This document shows positions 1-12,917 of a stretch of 64,000 nucleotides of DNA, in pieces. This DNA is from Ranitomeya imitator. Lineage: Eukaryota. Below the pieces are notes generated by a model, which saw only the letters and a list, made by a program, of their open reading frames with translations, did no database searches and had not been told where the DNA came from. Both the position numbers and the translations under genes were made by a program. The DNA is taken from the NCBI RefSeq assembly GCF_032444005.1, contig NC_091282.1:899186001-899250000 (forward strand), given 5' to 3'. Each line of letters opens with the position of its first letter. Positions within the stretch are counted from its first letter, which is position 1.

Positions 1-184
1 CATCTCCCTTATATATAGTATACATCTGTATGTCATCTCCTGTATATAGTATATACCTGTATGTCATCTCCCCAGTATATATTATATACCTGCTGTGTCA
101 TCTCCCCTATATATAGTATATACCTGAATGTCATCTCCTATCTATAGTATATACCTGAATGTCATCTCCTATATATAGTATATA
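1..184. repeat. Minisatellite, ~30-34-bp unit (catctcctcctgtatatagtatatacctgtatgt), left part
   Basis: Tandem copies visible; the array is split by the Tc1 insertion. Confidence 0.9.
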
Positions 185-1790
185 CAGTGGGGCAAAAAAG
201 TATTTAGTCAGTCAGCAATAGTGCAAGTTCCACCACTTAAAAAGATGAGAGGCGTCTGTAATTTACATCATAGGTAGACCTCAACTATGGGAGACAAACT
301 GAGAAAAAAAAATCCAGAAAATCACATTGTCTGTTTTTTTATCATTTTATTTGCATATTATGGTGGAAAATAAGTATTTGGTCAGAAACAAACAATCAAG
401 ATTTCTGGCTCTCACAGACCTGTAACTTCTTTTTTAAGAGTCTCCTCTTTCCTCCACTCATTACCTGTAGTAATGGCACCTGTTTAAACTTGTTATCAGT
501 ATAAAAAGACACCTGTGCACACCCTCAAACAGTCTGACTCCAAACTCCACTATGGTGAATACCAAAGAGCTGTCAAAGGACACCAGAAACAAAATTGTAG
601 CCCTGCACCAGGCTGGGAAGACTGAATCTGCAATAGCCAACCAGCTTGGAGTGAAGAAATCATCAGTGGAAGCAATAATTAGAAAATGGAAGACATACAA
701 GACCACTGATAATCTCCCTCGATCTGGGGCTCCACGCAAAATCCCACCCCGTGGGGTCAGAATGATCACGAGAACGGTGAGCAAAAATCCCAGAACCAAA
801 CGGGGGGACCTAGTGAATGAACTGCAGAGAGCTGGGACCAATGTAACAAGGCCTACCATAAGTAACACACTACGCCACCATGGACTCAGATCCTGCAGTG
901 CCAGACGTGTCCCACTGCTTAAGCCAGTACATGTCCGGGCCCGTCTGAAGTTTGCTAGAGAGCATTTGGATGATCCAGAGGAGTTTTGGGAGAATGTCCT
1001 ATGGTCTGATGAAACCAAACTGGAACTGTTTGGTAGAAACACAACTTGTCGTGTTTGGAGGAAAAAGAATACTGAGTTGCATCCATCAAACACCATACCT
1101 ACTGTAAAGCATGGTGGTGGAAACATCATGCTTTGGGGCTGTTTCTCTGCAAAGGGGCCAGGACGACTGATCCGGGTACATGAAAGAATGAATGGGGCCA
1201 TATATCGTGAGATTTTGAGTGCAAACCTTCTTCCATCAGCAAGGGCATTGAAGATGAAACGTGGCTGGGTCTTTCAACATGACAATGATCCAAAGCACAC
1301 CGCCAGGGCAACGAAGGAGTGGCTTCGTAAGAAGCATTTTAAGGTCCTGGAGTGGCCTAGCCAGTCTCCAGATCTCAACCCTATAGAAAACCTTTGGAGG
1401 GAGTTGAAAGTCCGTGTTGCCAAGCGAAAAGCCAAAAACATCACTGCTCTAGAGGAGATCTGCATGGAGGAGTGGGCCAACATACCCACAACAGTGTGTG
1501 TCAACCTTGTGAAGACTTACAGAAAACGTTTGACCTCTGTCATTGCCAACAAAGGATATATTACAAAGTATTGAGATGAAATTTTGTTTCTGACCAAATA
1601 CTTATTTTCCACCATAATATGCAAATAAAATGTTAAAAAAACAGACAATGTGATTTTCTGGATTTTTTTTTCTCAGTTTGTCTCCCATAGTTGAGGTCTA
1701 CCTATGATGTAAATTACAGACGCCTCTCATCTTTTTAAGTGGTGGAACTTGCACTATTGCTGACTGACTAAATACTTTTTTGCCCCACTG
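185..1790 (+). mobile_element. Apparently intact Tc1/mariner element, IR/DR type
   Basis: TA at 183-184 and 1791-1792. ~208-bp TIRs (185-392 and 1583-1790) in which I see a single mismatch, with outer and inner transposase-binding direct repeats. TATA-like TATAAAAA at 500-507 and AATAAA at 1624-1629. Confidence 0.96.
552..1574 (+). CDS. Tc1-family DD34E transposase, 340 aa, uninterrupted
   Basis: Paired-like HTH N-terminus with GAPRK linker, then [14 protein letters not shown] and SPDLNPIE motifs. There are 34 residues between the second D and E. Confidence 0.95.
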   Translation: MVNTKELSKDTRNKIVALHQAGKTESAIANQLGVKKSSVEAIIRKWKTYKTTDNLPRSGAPRKIPPRGVRMITRTVSKNPRTKRGDLVNELQRAGTNVTRPTISNTLRHHGLRSCSARRVPLLKPVHVRARLKFAREHLDDPEEFWENVLWSDETKLELFGRNTTCRVWRKKNTELHPSNTIPTVKHGGGNIMLWGCFSAKGPGRLIRVHERMNGAIYREILSANLLPSARALKMKRGWVFQHDNDPKHTARATKEWLRKKHFKVLEWPSQSPDLNPIENLWRELKVRVAKRKAKNITALEEICMEEWANIPTTVCVNLVKTYRKRLTSVIANKGYITKY

Positions 1791-2147
1791 TACCTGTATG
1801 TCATCTCCTCCTGTATATAGTATATACCTGTGTCATCTCCCCTGTATATAGTATATATGTGTGTCATCTCCTCCTGTATATAGTATATACCTGCATGTCA
1901 TCTTCTATATATAGCATATACCTGTATGTCATCTCCTCCTGTATATAGTATATACCTGTAGGTCATCTGCTCCTGTATATAGTATATACCTGTGTGTCAT
2001 CTCCTCCTGTATATATATATATGTACCTGTATGTCATCTCCTCCTCTATATAGTATATACCTGTGTGTCATCTCTCCTGTATATAGTATATATCTGTGTG
2101 TCATCTCCCCTGTATATAGTATATACCTGTGTCATCTCCTCCTGTAT
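1791..2147. repeat. Same minisatellite, right part
   Basis: The array resumes in register after the Tc1 TA duplication. Confidence 0.9.
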
Positions 2148-3375
2148 TAGACCTCGTTCACACGTTATTTGCTCAGTATTTTTACCTCAGTATTTGTAAG
2201 CTAAATTGGCAGCCTGATAAATCCCCAGCCAACAGGAAGCCCTCCCCCTGGCAGTATATATTAGCTCACACATACACATAATAGACAGGTCATGTGACTG
2301 ACAGCTGCCGTATTTCCTATATGGTACATTTGTTGTAGTTTGTCTGCTTATTAATCAGATTTTTATTTTTGAAGGATAAGACCAGACTTGTGTGTGTTTT
2401 AGGGCGAGTTTCGTTTGTCAAGTTGTGTGTGTTGAGTTTTGTGTGGCAACATGCGTGTAGCAACTTTTTGTGTGTCGAGTTGCATGTGACAGGTTAGTGT
2501 AGCAACTTGTGTGCAGCAAGTTTTGCGCATGGCGAGTTTTGCGCGTGGCGAGTTTTGTGTGGTGCCTTTTGAGTATGTGCAAGTTTTGTGTGAGGCAAAT
2601 TTTGCATGTGTTGCAACTTTTGTGCATGTGGCAATTTTTCCGCGTGTGCAAGTTTTGCGTGTGGCAAGTTTTCCATGAGGTGAGTTTTGCACTTGTGGCG
2701 AGTTCTGCGCGTGGCGAGTTTTGAGCGGCGACTTTTGTGTTTCGACTTTTATGTGGCGAGGTTGGTGTATGTGTGGTGAAATGTGTGCTGAGGGTGATAT
2801 GTGTTCAAGCACGTGGTAGTGTGTGGCGCATTTTGTGTGTGTGTTCATATCCCCGTGTGTGGTGAGTATCCCATGTCGGGGCCCCACCTTAGCAACTGTA
2901 CGGTATATACTCTTTGGCGCCATTGCTCTCACTCTTTACGTCCCCCTTGTTCACATCTGGCAGCTGTCAATTTGCCTCCAACACTTTTCCTTTCATTTTT
3001 TCCCATTATGTAGATAGGTCAAAATTGTTTGGTGAATTGGAAAGCACGGGGTTAAAATTTCACCTCACAACATAGCCTATGACGCTCTCAGGGTCCGGAC
3101 GTGTGACTGTGCAAAATTTTGTGGCTGTAGCTGTGACGCCTCCAACACTTTTCCTTTCACTTTTTCCCCATTATGTAGATAGGGGCAAAATAGTTTGGTG
3201 AATTGGAAAGCGCGGGGTTAAAATTTCACCTCACAATATAGCCTATGACGCTCTCGGGGTCCAGACGTGTGACTGTGCAAAATTTTGTGGCTGTAGCTGC
3301 GACGGTGCAGATGCCAATCCCGGACATACATACACACATACACACACACACATACACACATTCAGCTTTATATAA
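2148..3375 (-). mobile_element. Non-autonomous Helitron-like element (5' region), with a G/T-rich gcgagtttt block at ~2400-2760 and a ~165-bp tandem duplication at ~2970-3300
   Basis: The minus strand near 3375 reads ATATAAAGCTGAATGTGTG followed by a (TG)n tract and then aaaattttg, resembling Helitron-N 5' ends. The TC terminus is obscured by (TA)n, and the adjacent minisatellite may belong to it. Confidence 0.5.
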
Positions 3376-3404
3376 AATATATATATATATATATATATTC
3401 CCAA

Positions 3405-4190
3405 CTTAGGGGTCACTGCTCCAAGTATTCCTATCAACATTGAAATCACTGTTGTCTTCACCTTCCACATCTTCTCCAGTTCTCCTTTGAGGTCCTGGTA
3501 TTTCTCCAGCTTCTCATTCCTTCTTTCTGATGTTGTGGTCACTTGGCATTGCCACATCTATTACATTGCTATCTTCTGATCCTTGTCTATTATCACAATG
3601 TCTGGTTCGCCAACGCCTGCTTATCTGTCTGGATCTTGAAGTCCCACAGGATTTTAACTCTTTCATTCTCCACCACTTTTTCTGGGGTCTCCCACCTGGT
3701 TTTAGGGGGATTTAGCCCATATGCTGTGCAGATGTTCCTGTATAGAATTCCCGCTACTTGGTTGTGGTGTTCGGTATACGCTGTTCCTGCTTGCATTTTG
3801 CATCCTGCCACTATGTGTTGGACTGTTTCTGAGGTTTCTTTGCATAGTCTGCACCTTCGGTCATGTCTTGTGTAGTAGATTCCTGCTTCCATGGATCTGG
3901 TACTTAGTGCTTGCATTTGTGCCGCTATGATTAATGCTTCTGTGCTGTCTCAGTACAGCTTTCTTCAGCCATTGGTAGGATTTCTCGTCAGCCACCTCCA
4001 TTATCTGTCGATGGTACTTCCCATGTAGCGGCTTGTCTTGCCATGGCGCTTCATGTTCCTGTTCTTCCTTCCAGATCTGCTGTTATTGTTGCCTTAGGCT
4101 TTTTCTCAGCATCTCATCTTCTTGGTGCCATTTTTCTGATGTATTCTTGGATACTCCTTGTTTCATCCGTGATGGTTGCTTGGATGCTTA
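3405..4190 (-). mobile_element. R4-clade (Rex6/Dong-like) non-LTR retrotransposon relic, C-terminal zinc knuckle and restriction-like endonuclease
   Basis: Broken frames CRLCKETSETVQHIVAGC, KILWDFKIQTD and EKLEKYQDLKGELEKMW...IGILGAV. Confidence 0.8.
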
Positions 4191-4445
4191 CAAATATATT
4201 TAAAAAAAAAACTGAGCGTCACATCCAAACATAAACAAAGTGTGAACAGGTGCTGAACCTAGAGTCACCAACTCATATACACTCATATACACTATACATA
4301 TAAACAAAAAAGGCAGCACACTGTAGAGCCAAAACTTGCAAATATGAAAAATGAAAATTGAATTGCATTACTGCACTAGAAATATGAAAAATTGAGAAAA
4401 TTAAGCATAAATTGGCCAATTTGTGTGTACCTGGTAGCCACGATG

Positions 4446-4700
4446 ATAATAATAATCTTTATATAGCGCCAACATATTCCGCAGCTCTTTACAGTTTAAC
4501 AATTTCGAACATAACAGCCATAAGTAACAATGTTAACAATACAATAATTAAAGCAAAATAAGACGACCCTGCTCGTGAGAGCTTACAGTGTACAATGAGG
4601 TGGGGGAGATACAAAGCACAGGTGTGTATTTACAATGATGTATTGTATAGTGTATGCCATCTTCAGGGGGTGGGGGATAGATGGCAGTAGTGAATGGGCT
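4446..4700 (-). mobile_element. LINE/SINE 3' tail fragment (gtaaagagctgcggaatatgttggcgctatataa, then (TTA)n)
   Basis: Same tail as the SINE at 38038 and the fragment near 57740. Confidence 0.55.
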
Positions 4701-4704
4701 ACGA

Positions 4705-5270
4705 CTTCCTTTTGTGTCACCTTGATCTTTGTCTCCAGTCTTCTTTTCCAAGGGGGCACGTACTTCTGTTGTTCTTGCTAGTTGTATAGCCAAGCATTTC
4801 CATGATTGCTGAGGCAGTAGCATAGATCAGTTTATTAGTTTGAGTTGTGGTAGGTATTGATGCAAGTGCTCTATTGGCATCTTCTAGCATACTGTCTGGT
4901 GGTGTTTCTTTGCTGAGCATTGACAGTCGATCTCTCGTATTGATGGTATTTACCTTATCTAAGATCTTCTGTTTTAGATCAGCTGCAGTGCTCTCTAGTT
5001 GGATCAGGATTTTCAGGCGGTTGCACAAGTTGTTCTTCCAGGTCTTCATGTGGGTTGGATCTGGAGTGCAGTTGATCCTTTTCAAGTTATGATAATTGGT
5101 GATGAGGGAGTATGCTCGTTACTTGAGTTTCTCCAAGCATGCTCAGGCTGTCTCCGAGTATTTTGGCATGTTCGGAGATTTAGTTTGTCGACGCAGCTGC
5201 ATGATTTGCGGCTGCTAGACAGCTTGAATACAGATGGAGAATGCCTGTTTGTGAGATTGGTTTATATAAT
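4705..5270 (-). mobile_element. Further relic of the same R4-clade ORF (N-terminal part)
   Basis: Frame fragment NRLKILIQLES...ANRALASIPTTTQTNKLIYATA, in the same orientation as 3405-4190. Confidence 0.55.
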
Positions 5271-5408
5271 CTCCATTTCTAACTTCAACCAGAAGGGTGT
5301 ACAACATAAAAAACAACCAACCAGAAGGTGATCATCTTGGTAACGGGAGGGAACATAAGGGTGCTGTCATGGGTTCTGAAAAAAAACACATTATCGGTAA
5401 GTAATATA

Positions 5409-6169
5409 CCATATTTTTCGGACCATAAGACACACTTTTTTCCCAATTTTTTTTTGGGATAAATGGGGGTGCGTCTTATGGTCAGAATACGCATACTTAC
5501 AAATCCTGTGGTGGCAGTCCCGATGCAGCCTCCCTTCCCAGGCTGGTGTGGCGGCGGAGCTCTGTCGTGCAGCACTGGCGGGGCTCTGTGCTGCGTGGGG
5601 GGCTCCGCTGGCATTTCATCAAAGCCCGGAGGCCCCCGCAGCTCCATTGCTGCAATGCGGTGGCCTCCGGGAAAATGTCCGCTGAGGGCATTCGCAAGCT
5701 CAGATTCAGATCTCGGCCGCCCCCAACTGCCATTTTCCACCGCATCGTATCAACGGAGCTGCGGGGGCCTTCGGGCTTTGATGAAATGACAGCGGAGCCA
5801 CCCATGCAGCACAGAGCCCCGCTGCCGCCCCAGCACAGAGCCCCGCTGCCGCCCCAGCACAGAGCCTCGCTGCCGCCCCAGCACAGAGCCCCGCTGCCAC
5901 CCCAGCAGAGCCCCGCTGCCGCCCCAGCACAGAGCCCTGCCACCCCACAGAGCACTGCACTGCGCAGTGCACTGCCATCGCACCAGCCTGGACCACCGAA
6001 CCACCCCTGTGACCACTCCTTCACCTGTGCCCATTCATTCCCTGGTAAGCTGAATTTGGACTGTAAGATGGACCCCCATTTGACACATTTATTTTTTTTT
6101 CCTATTTTCCTTCTGAAAATTTGGGGTGCGTCTTATGGTCCAGTTCGTCTTATAGTCCGAAAAATACAG
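5409..6169. mobile_element. Tc1/mariner-superfamily (pogo/Tc2-like) non-autonomous element with internal 21-bp tandem repeat (~5805-5950)
   Basis: TIR ccatatttttcggaccataagac...gtcttatagtccgaaaaatacag, with TA on the left side. Confidence 0.75.
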
Positions 6170-7317
6170 TGTTTTTGTCACCCATGACCGCATCAACAAG
6201 AGAATGTCATATATTAGGGAGGATGAACAGCCTATAGAACCCTTGTAGAACGTGAGATCAGAGGAGGCAGATAGATCTAGTCTATATTGGCTATAAAAGG
6301 TAGGTGATGACCAAGTTCCTGGCTTACAGATTTGTTCGATGGACACGTCTGCTCTTTCTGCCCAGGACACTGTCATTGCTCTTGTAGAGTAGGCTTTCAG
6401 GTCGCCAGGAGCCACTCTGACTGTCCTCTCATAGGCCAATAACCTCCTTTATCCACCTTGATAGGGTACTTTTTGAAACTTTTGTTGGTTTCCTAGGGCC
6501 CTGAAAAGAGATGAATAGAGCCCTATCCTTCCTCCAAGACTTCGTAGAAGAAGGCATCTCCTAACATCTAAGGTGTGAAACTTTTCCTTTTTACTATTTT
6601 TACGGTCAGGACAGAAGGATGGTAGAGCTATCTCCTGCCACCTGTGAAATTTGGATACATCCTTAGGTAAAAGTCTGGTTGGGTCTCAAGATTGCTCTAT
6701 CTTCCACTACCAGGGTGAAGGGTGGGGTCTGCAGATAAAGCCTGTATGTCACTTACCCTATGGGTTGATGTTAAGGCTACCAGCAGTACTGTTTTCAGGG
6801 TGACTATTTTTATGGACCCTGAACTTAGAGGCTCAAAGGGCGATTCTGTTAACACTAGAAGTCCCAGAAATTTCTAGCTCCAAAGGTTCCAAACGTAGAA
6901 ATGTTAAATGACCCCTCTCTGGGACTTCTAGTGTTAATGCATTTAGAACTAAATTTAAATCCCAAGGAAGAGTTCTTGCTAGTGGGAGAGGTCTGGATCT
7001 AACACATACCTTAACAAATCTAAACGCCCATGTGTTACCTGCAAGGTTACATTTGCATAGTGTGCTCCTAGGGCTGAAATTTGGACTTTCAAGGTACTTA
7101 ACCGCAAGACCTCGCTCTAGCCATTTCTGAAGGAACTCTGGTATTTTTTTGAGGTATCCTTCCCCCAAAGTGGACCCTGTGGGTGACAGGAATTTCTTCC
7201 AGGTTCTACAATAAATTCTTAAAGTGATTTGGATTCCTACTACTGAGTAAAGTAGAGACCAGATTAGAAGAGAACCATTTTCCCTCTAGCAATGACCTCT
7301 CAAGTTCCAGACTGTTA

Positions 7318-7694
7318 GGCTATATTTCCAAGTTCAGTATTGGCAGCACTTTGGACACAGGTCCGTCCAAAGCGCTGCCGGCTTTTGTACATGCGGTGAT
7401 TCCACATGTGTTCATTGAACCATGTGGAATTGCCGTGTCCTACACATAGGACAGTGATATTTATCTTGCAGAGACTGAGTATCTCCGCAAGATAAATAGA
7501 CATGCTGCGGTCTAGAAAGACGTGCCGCATGTCCGGTTATGCAGGGAAGCCAGAGGTGTCCCTGCACACGTACAGGAGATGGGATTTCATAAAATCCAAT
7601 CCACTATGCTGTAACATCTGGCCACTGTAGATTAGACGCTGTAGCTGTACGTAGCGTCCAATCCACAGCATTTACTGACCGTGGAAACAAACCC
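7318..7694. mobile_element. PIF/Harbinger-type MITE
   Basis: TTA at 7315-7317 and 7695-7697; degenerate GG...CC TIRs. Confidence 0.6.
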
Positions 7695-7698
7695 TTAA

Positions 7699-8720
7699 GT
7701 CCGGTCTCACACGTCCAGATAATTCCGTTACTGGAAAAATCGGTACCAGAGTTATCCGTGTCCGTGTGCTCATGTGGCCCATCAGTGTGGCACACGTGCG
7801 GCGGCCATGTGCCGACTGAGGACCACACGGACCGTGCAGGTGACAGCGCTAGAGTTAAGCGCTGTCCCCTGCTTTTGGTGCTGAAGCCGGCATTCATTCC
7901 TTCTCCTCAGCAGCGTTCGCTGGAGAGAAGGAATGAAAAATCAGGGTTTTTTTTTGTGTTTAAAATAAAGTTCGTGGTCACCTCCCGCCTCCCTTGCCCT
8001 GTGCGCCCGCCCGCTGGCATTAAAATACTCACCTAGCTCCCGCGATGACTCCTCTCAGCGCCGCAGCTTGTCCTGTGTGAGCGGTCACGTGGTACTGCTC
8101 ATTACAGTGATGAATATGGGGCTCCACCCCTATGGGAGGTGGAGCTGCATATTCATCACTGTAATGAGCGGTACCGCGTGACCGCTCACACAGGATAAGC
8201 TGCGGCGCTGAGAGGCGTCATCGCGGGAGCTGGGTGAGTATTTTAATGCCAGCGGGCGGGCGCACAGGGAAAGGGAGGCGGAAGGTGACCGCGAACTTTA
8301 TTTTAAACACAAAAAAAAATAAAAAAAAACCCTGATTTTTCATTTCTTCTCTGCAGCGAACGCTGCTGGGGAGAAGGAATGAATGCCGGCTTCAGCATCA
8401 AAAGCAGGGGACAGCGCTTAACTCTAGCGCTGTCTCCTGCACGGTCCGTGTGGTCCGCAGTCGGCACATGGATGGCACACGGACAGCATCCGTGTGCGGT
8501 ACGTGTTTACACGGACCCATTGACTTTAATGGGTCCGTGTGATCCGTGCGCTCCCGCGAACACTGACATGTCTCCTTGTTTTGCAAACGGACACACGGTC
8601 CGTGAAAACACGCTGACATGTGCAGAGACACATTTTAATGTGGCTACGTGAGTCATTGTCTCCGGTACGTGAGGAAACTGTCACCACATGTACCGGAGCC
8701 ACTGACGTGTGAAACAGGCC
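7699..8720. mobile_element. PIF/Harbinger-type fold-back MITE
   Basis: TAA on both sides, tcacacgt/acgtgtga TIRs and long internal inverted arms (~7840-8100 vs ~8170-8440). Confidence 0.75.
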
Positions 8721-9351
8721 TAAGAAAGGGTTTCATACTCAGGTGACTGGACTGCACTTATCACCTGCTTTCTCAAGGATTTCTTCCAGGGAGAGAGCAC
8801 AACTTCCCTTTTGCCTGTATGTTCCCTGACCAGCACTTTAACCAGACAGCTCATCGGCCTGCATTAGATAGCGCTGCTAACCTTGCCAATCTAGCTGCAT
8901 GTGCTGTGGTGTCAGACAGGAATTCCGCCGCCCTTTTAATTATTGGGAGTGTGTCCAAGATGGCATCTTGGGGTGAGTTATCCATCAGGTGGTCTTCTAA
9001 TCTCAGCAAGATCATAAGTGATCTGGCTGTACAAATTGTCGCTATGGCTGGTTTCAGTGCACCTGCCAATGATTCCCAGGTACTCTTGAGAAAAGTATAC
9101 ATTTTTCTGTCTAGGGAGTCTTTTAATAAACCTGCATCCTCAAAGGGAATGGATGATTTCCTTGCAGCTTTGGAAATAGCAACATCCAGTTTTGGGGCTT
9201 TTCTCCAGGATGTTGTCGCCTCTTCTCAAAATGGGTTTTTCCTCTTGAAGGAAGGTGACCCTTCTTTTTTTAATGGTCTTTCTCATTCATTATTTGTGTG
9301 CTTGTACTTTTTTATTAATCGGGAAGGTTTTACGCTTTCTGTGATCTAGAG

Positions 9352-9513
9352 CAGGGGTCCCCAACTCCAGTCCTCAAGGCCCACCAACATGTCATGTTTT
9401 CAGGATTTCCTTAGTCTTGCCCAGGTAATAATTGCATCACCTGTGCAATGCAAAGGAAATCCTGAAAACATGACCTGTTGGTGGGCCTTGAGGACTGGAG
9501 TTGGGGACCCCCG
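9352..9513. mobile_element. hAT MITE, 162-bp palindrome
   Basis: CAGGGG terminus and a perfect 8-bp TSD ATCTAGAG (9344-9351 and 9514-9521). Confidence 0.9.
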
Positions 9514-10117
9514 ATCTAGAGTCCCAAACATTATGTCCTGAATTGATTTTTTTTTTTTTTATTATTTCTGGTCAACTTAGCCCATTTTGGACCTTACAGC
9601 TTTTACAAGACTGTCTACTTCTTAAAGGAAATAACAATTACCTGCCCGTGAGCCTTTTTTGGATGAGGATGAATGTCACGAGATTGTATGAAATATAATA
9701 TGATTTGGGAGTTTGCCTGTCAGACCCATGCTGCGGGCTAAAAAGCCCTCCCTTCCCTCTGTGTTTCTGAATGTATTTGTAGAAGAGGGTTTTATTGCTT
9801 TGGCAATAAATTCCAAGCTTGGAGCTTACTTCCCCCCTCCCATCTGTCCAGCTATAACTGGTATAGAAGTTCTCCAAAACCCATGAGGGTCTTTGTTCTA
9901 ATATGATAAGATATTGGGCCAACGACTTGGGCTAGGAGAATATTAAATACATATTGCTATTGGATATTGCTATTGGATATTCCTTCCGCCACTGTAAGCA
10001 GGAGCTTCTAACTCCATCAGTTACAAAGTATGGATTTCTCTGGAACTGTGCGTCACAAATAGCACAAATTTGGTTTCATTAGAACGCCAATGTTAATACA
10101 AGATGAATACTGGGTGT

Positions 10118-11070
10118 GTTATGATTCTGACATGTTTGGTAGCGGAGATACAGGCATTAGACAAACTTGTGTGAAATTTACTAAGACTGAAGAAAGAGGA
10201 GGGTCTGGGTAAGCCAGCCCTGTTGGTGATGTCACAGGCTGCGGTTTATAAGTTTTTGCCAGACCCCAGCAGTTAGTTTTTCACCTGAGGAGCCTGACTG
10301 CCAGTCCTGATGCACTGGGACAGATGGAAACTTCACCAACTAGCCTGGTTGCCTGCAATGCTCTGAACACATGTAAGTGTTGATTTCTCATGTAATCCCT
10401 GTTTTTTTTTTTTTAAATAATTCCCTTTGTACATATTTTCAATTGTCTCATATTGTAACATATTTATATGCCTTCTTTATAAACACTGCCTTTTTTTCAA
10501 AGTAAAATATATAAATTACTAGTTTTCGTTCTTCCTGCTCTAAAATGTACCCTATGTCTTCTGAAGGGAAATACGCTACTGTTTTGGGTTAGCTTCGGAC
10601 CCGTTTAATCGGAGCTGGTGGCAGCATACCTTTGTACTGGGTAGTTGGGAGTCGTTGTAGCGACTGCGGCGTTGATAATTATTGTTCCTGCCTGAGCGGG
10701 AGTAGTTAAGTCGCCTCGCTGCAGCGTGCCCAATAGCCAGTACATAGCAGGCAGCCTTTCTGGTGACTAATTACCCTAGGTGCAGTACCTAGTCTGACCT
10801 GAGATAAAGGGGGGCGCCAGAGAGCTGCAAGTTTTAAGTGGAACTCTAAGCGGGATATACATAAATCCTTGCAGTTCGTGGGATACCTAAAATAAGCCCC
10901 TGCTGTAATACAAGAGGTCAATAGCCATGTGTTTTTTTTCATCACATTGTAGCAGTGGAGGGATAACGAAGATATGCCCCCCTGCACATGTGATAGCCGT
11001 CTGTTGGCCTAAAGTCACCCCGATCCGTGACGTAGGGGGCGACTGTCACGGTGTGAATCGTGACAATGAA
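10118..11070. mobile_element. Possible LTR-element remnant(s)
   Basis: TG...CA-like ends, a tggtggcagc motif at ~10615 and a tgtcacg...cgtgaca palindrome at ~11045-11066. No TSD or coding domain found. Confidence 0.25.
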
Positions 11071-12917
11071 CCTGAAGAATCGTCCAAAATCCCCTTGTCT
11101 GACTAGCAGATAATGCGGGCGATCTCTTGGTCTTGTGTCTGTGTGATGTTCATCTGCATGGGATAGGGATCTCAACAAATTCTCCACCTCTGTTTTAATG
11201 AGGGATTTTAAACAAGGCAAAATTTGGGGTCTCATCCGATATTGTTTCACCAATACAAGACTGACATAATTGTTTAGGTCATACCCCGACCACAAACTCT
11301 GTGATTAATATTTCCTAACATTTCTAAGGGGGCTCCTAGCCACAGAGGTAATAGTGAGAGAAAAAAGGGAAACCCTCTGTAATAAGCAGACTTTCTTAGA
11401 TCACTCACAACAAGAGGACATAAAGGGGTACCAGAACAGGAGGCTGAACATTGTCCAAAATCTCTCCATTAGAGACTGTGGAATCTTCTATTCTGCTGGA
11501 GCTGTGCAGACTTGACCTGGCATCCTTGGTCCTGCATACTTAGCTTGAGCATCTGCCATGTGTGTTGTTGTGTGGCCGCTGTTTCTCCTGAAGGTGCTGT
11601 CGACACCAGGGCTGGAGATGCTGTAGCTAGGGTTGAGCGACCTTGACTTTTTTAGAGTTGAGTCGGGTTTCGCGAAACCCGACTCTCAAAAGTCGAGTCG
11701 AGTGGAATCAGCCGATTATCGCGAAAAGTCGGGGATCGACCGAAACACGAAACCCAATGCAAGTCAATGGGGGAGCATAGTCGGCAGTGAGTGGAGGCCA
11801 GGAAAACACCTACAGTGCCCATTTTAATGGCAAAAAACATACATTCTTGTTACTGAAGCTTGTCAATCTAAATTTACCTTATAATAATAGTAAGGCATTG
11901 GAAATTGGGGGTCATTTGGCTAAAGTTGTGGTAGGGCTGGTTCAAGTATTTAGTGGGCCCAGGAAATCTGGACCACGTCACGGCAGTGGAGCAGGGAGAG
12001 GTAAGTATTTCAACTTTGCAAGTGCTGTGATCCTGAGCAAGCGGGGGGGCCCACTCGTTGGCATTGGCACTGGCACAGGGCCCCTCAAAGTACAGTGGTG
12101 TGTTTGCACGGCGGGGGCGCCTCCCACCGGCAGCAACAATTTTGCGTACTATGAGGGGCCCTGTGCCAGTGACGTCGCCAACGAGTATTCCTCCCTCACC
12201 TGATGAAGGAACCTGCACCTTCATCTGCACCTTCCTCTTTGTCCCCGTGTAAGGTGGTATGGTATGCGGGAAGGGGAACCTGACTTTCAGCAGGGTCACA
12301 ATCTTGCAGTGTAGCGTGCACGGGGAATGTTGCGTTATGGGTCAATGTACCAGCAGACTCATCTATCACTGGCTGGGCAATGGGCAGGATGAGGGGGAAA
12401 CAGATATGGGCCCAAAGAATAAAGTGGGCTAAATGCAGTTCAAAATTGGTAACAGGACTAACCAGGGGGCATTGCTTTGTTCAGTGGAGGACAACTGGAA
12501 TGAGAGGCTGACACAGAGAGTAGGCCCAAATCAGTAAGTAGTCTAAATGCAGTTCAAAATTGGCAACAGTAGTAAACAGGCGGCACAGCTTTGTTCGCTG
12601 GAGGAGAACAGCAAGGAGCGGCAGACACCGATAGAAGACCCCAACCCAACTAGTAGGCCCACTGCATTTTTAAAATTCCGATAGGCTGAAAACCAGATAA
12701 TTGTAGGTCATTTTTTGTAAAGAGGACAGCTGTATTGAGTGGAGCAGCCAGACACTACAAGTAGGCCTTAAACCACAAAGTTGGCTCGACGCAGGTTTAA
12801 AAAAGGTTACATGGGTACACGGTCTGCATTGGTGTGCTCAGTGGAGGACAATTGGAAGGAGGGACCGCAGAAAGACTTTGTAGGCGTAAAATTACAAAAT
12901 AGGCTCTATGCAGCTTC

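Larger units (their letters stand above)
6175..9345 (-). mobile_element. DIRS-type tyrosine-recombinase retrotransposon relic, interrupted by MITEs
   Basis: YR motifs AYSTRAMTVSWAE...EQICKPGTWSSPTF...YRLD (6089-6439 frame) and PWDLNLVLNALT (6833-7168). A gag-like fragment lies at 8851-9102. Confidence 0.75.

Noticed and set aside
461-1201. 246-aa minus-strand ORF
   Set aside because: Antisense shadow of the Tc1 transposase; no recognisable motifs.
5285-6187. Several 100-210-aa GC-rich ORFs
   Set aside because: They arise from a 21-bp tandem repeat inside a non-autonomous element.
11070-11627. Possible coding relic around the hAT insertion site (continuing at 19569-19716)
   Set aside because: Rejoined flanks give only short frames with stops and no family motif I can name.
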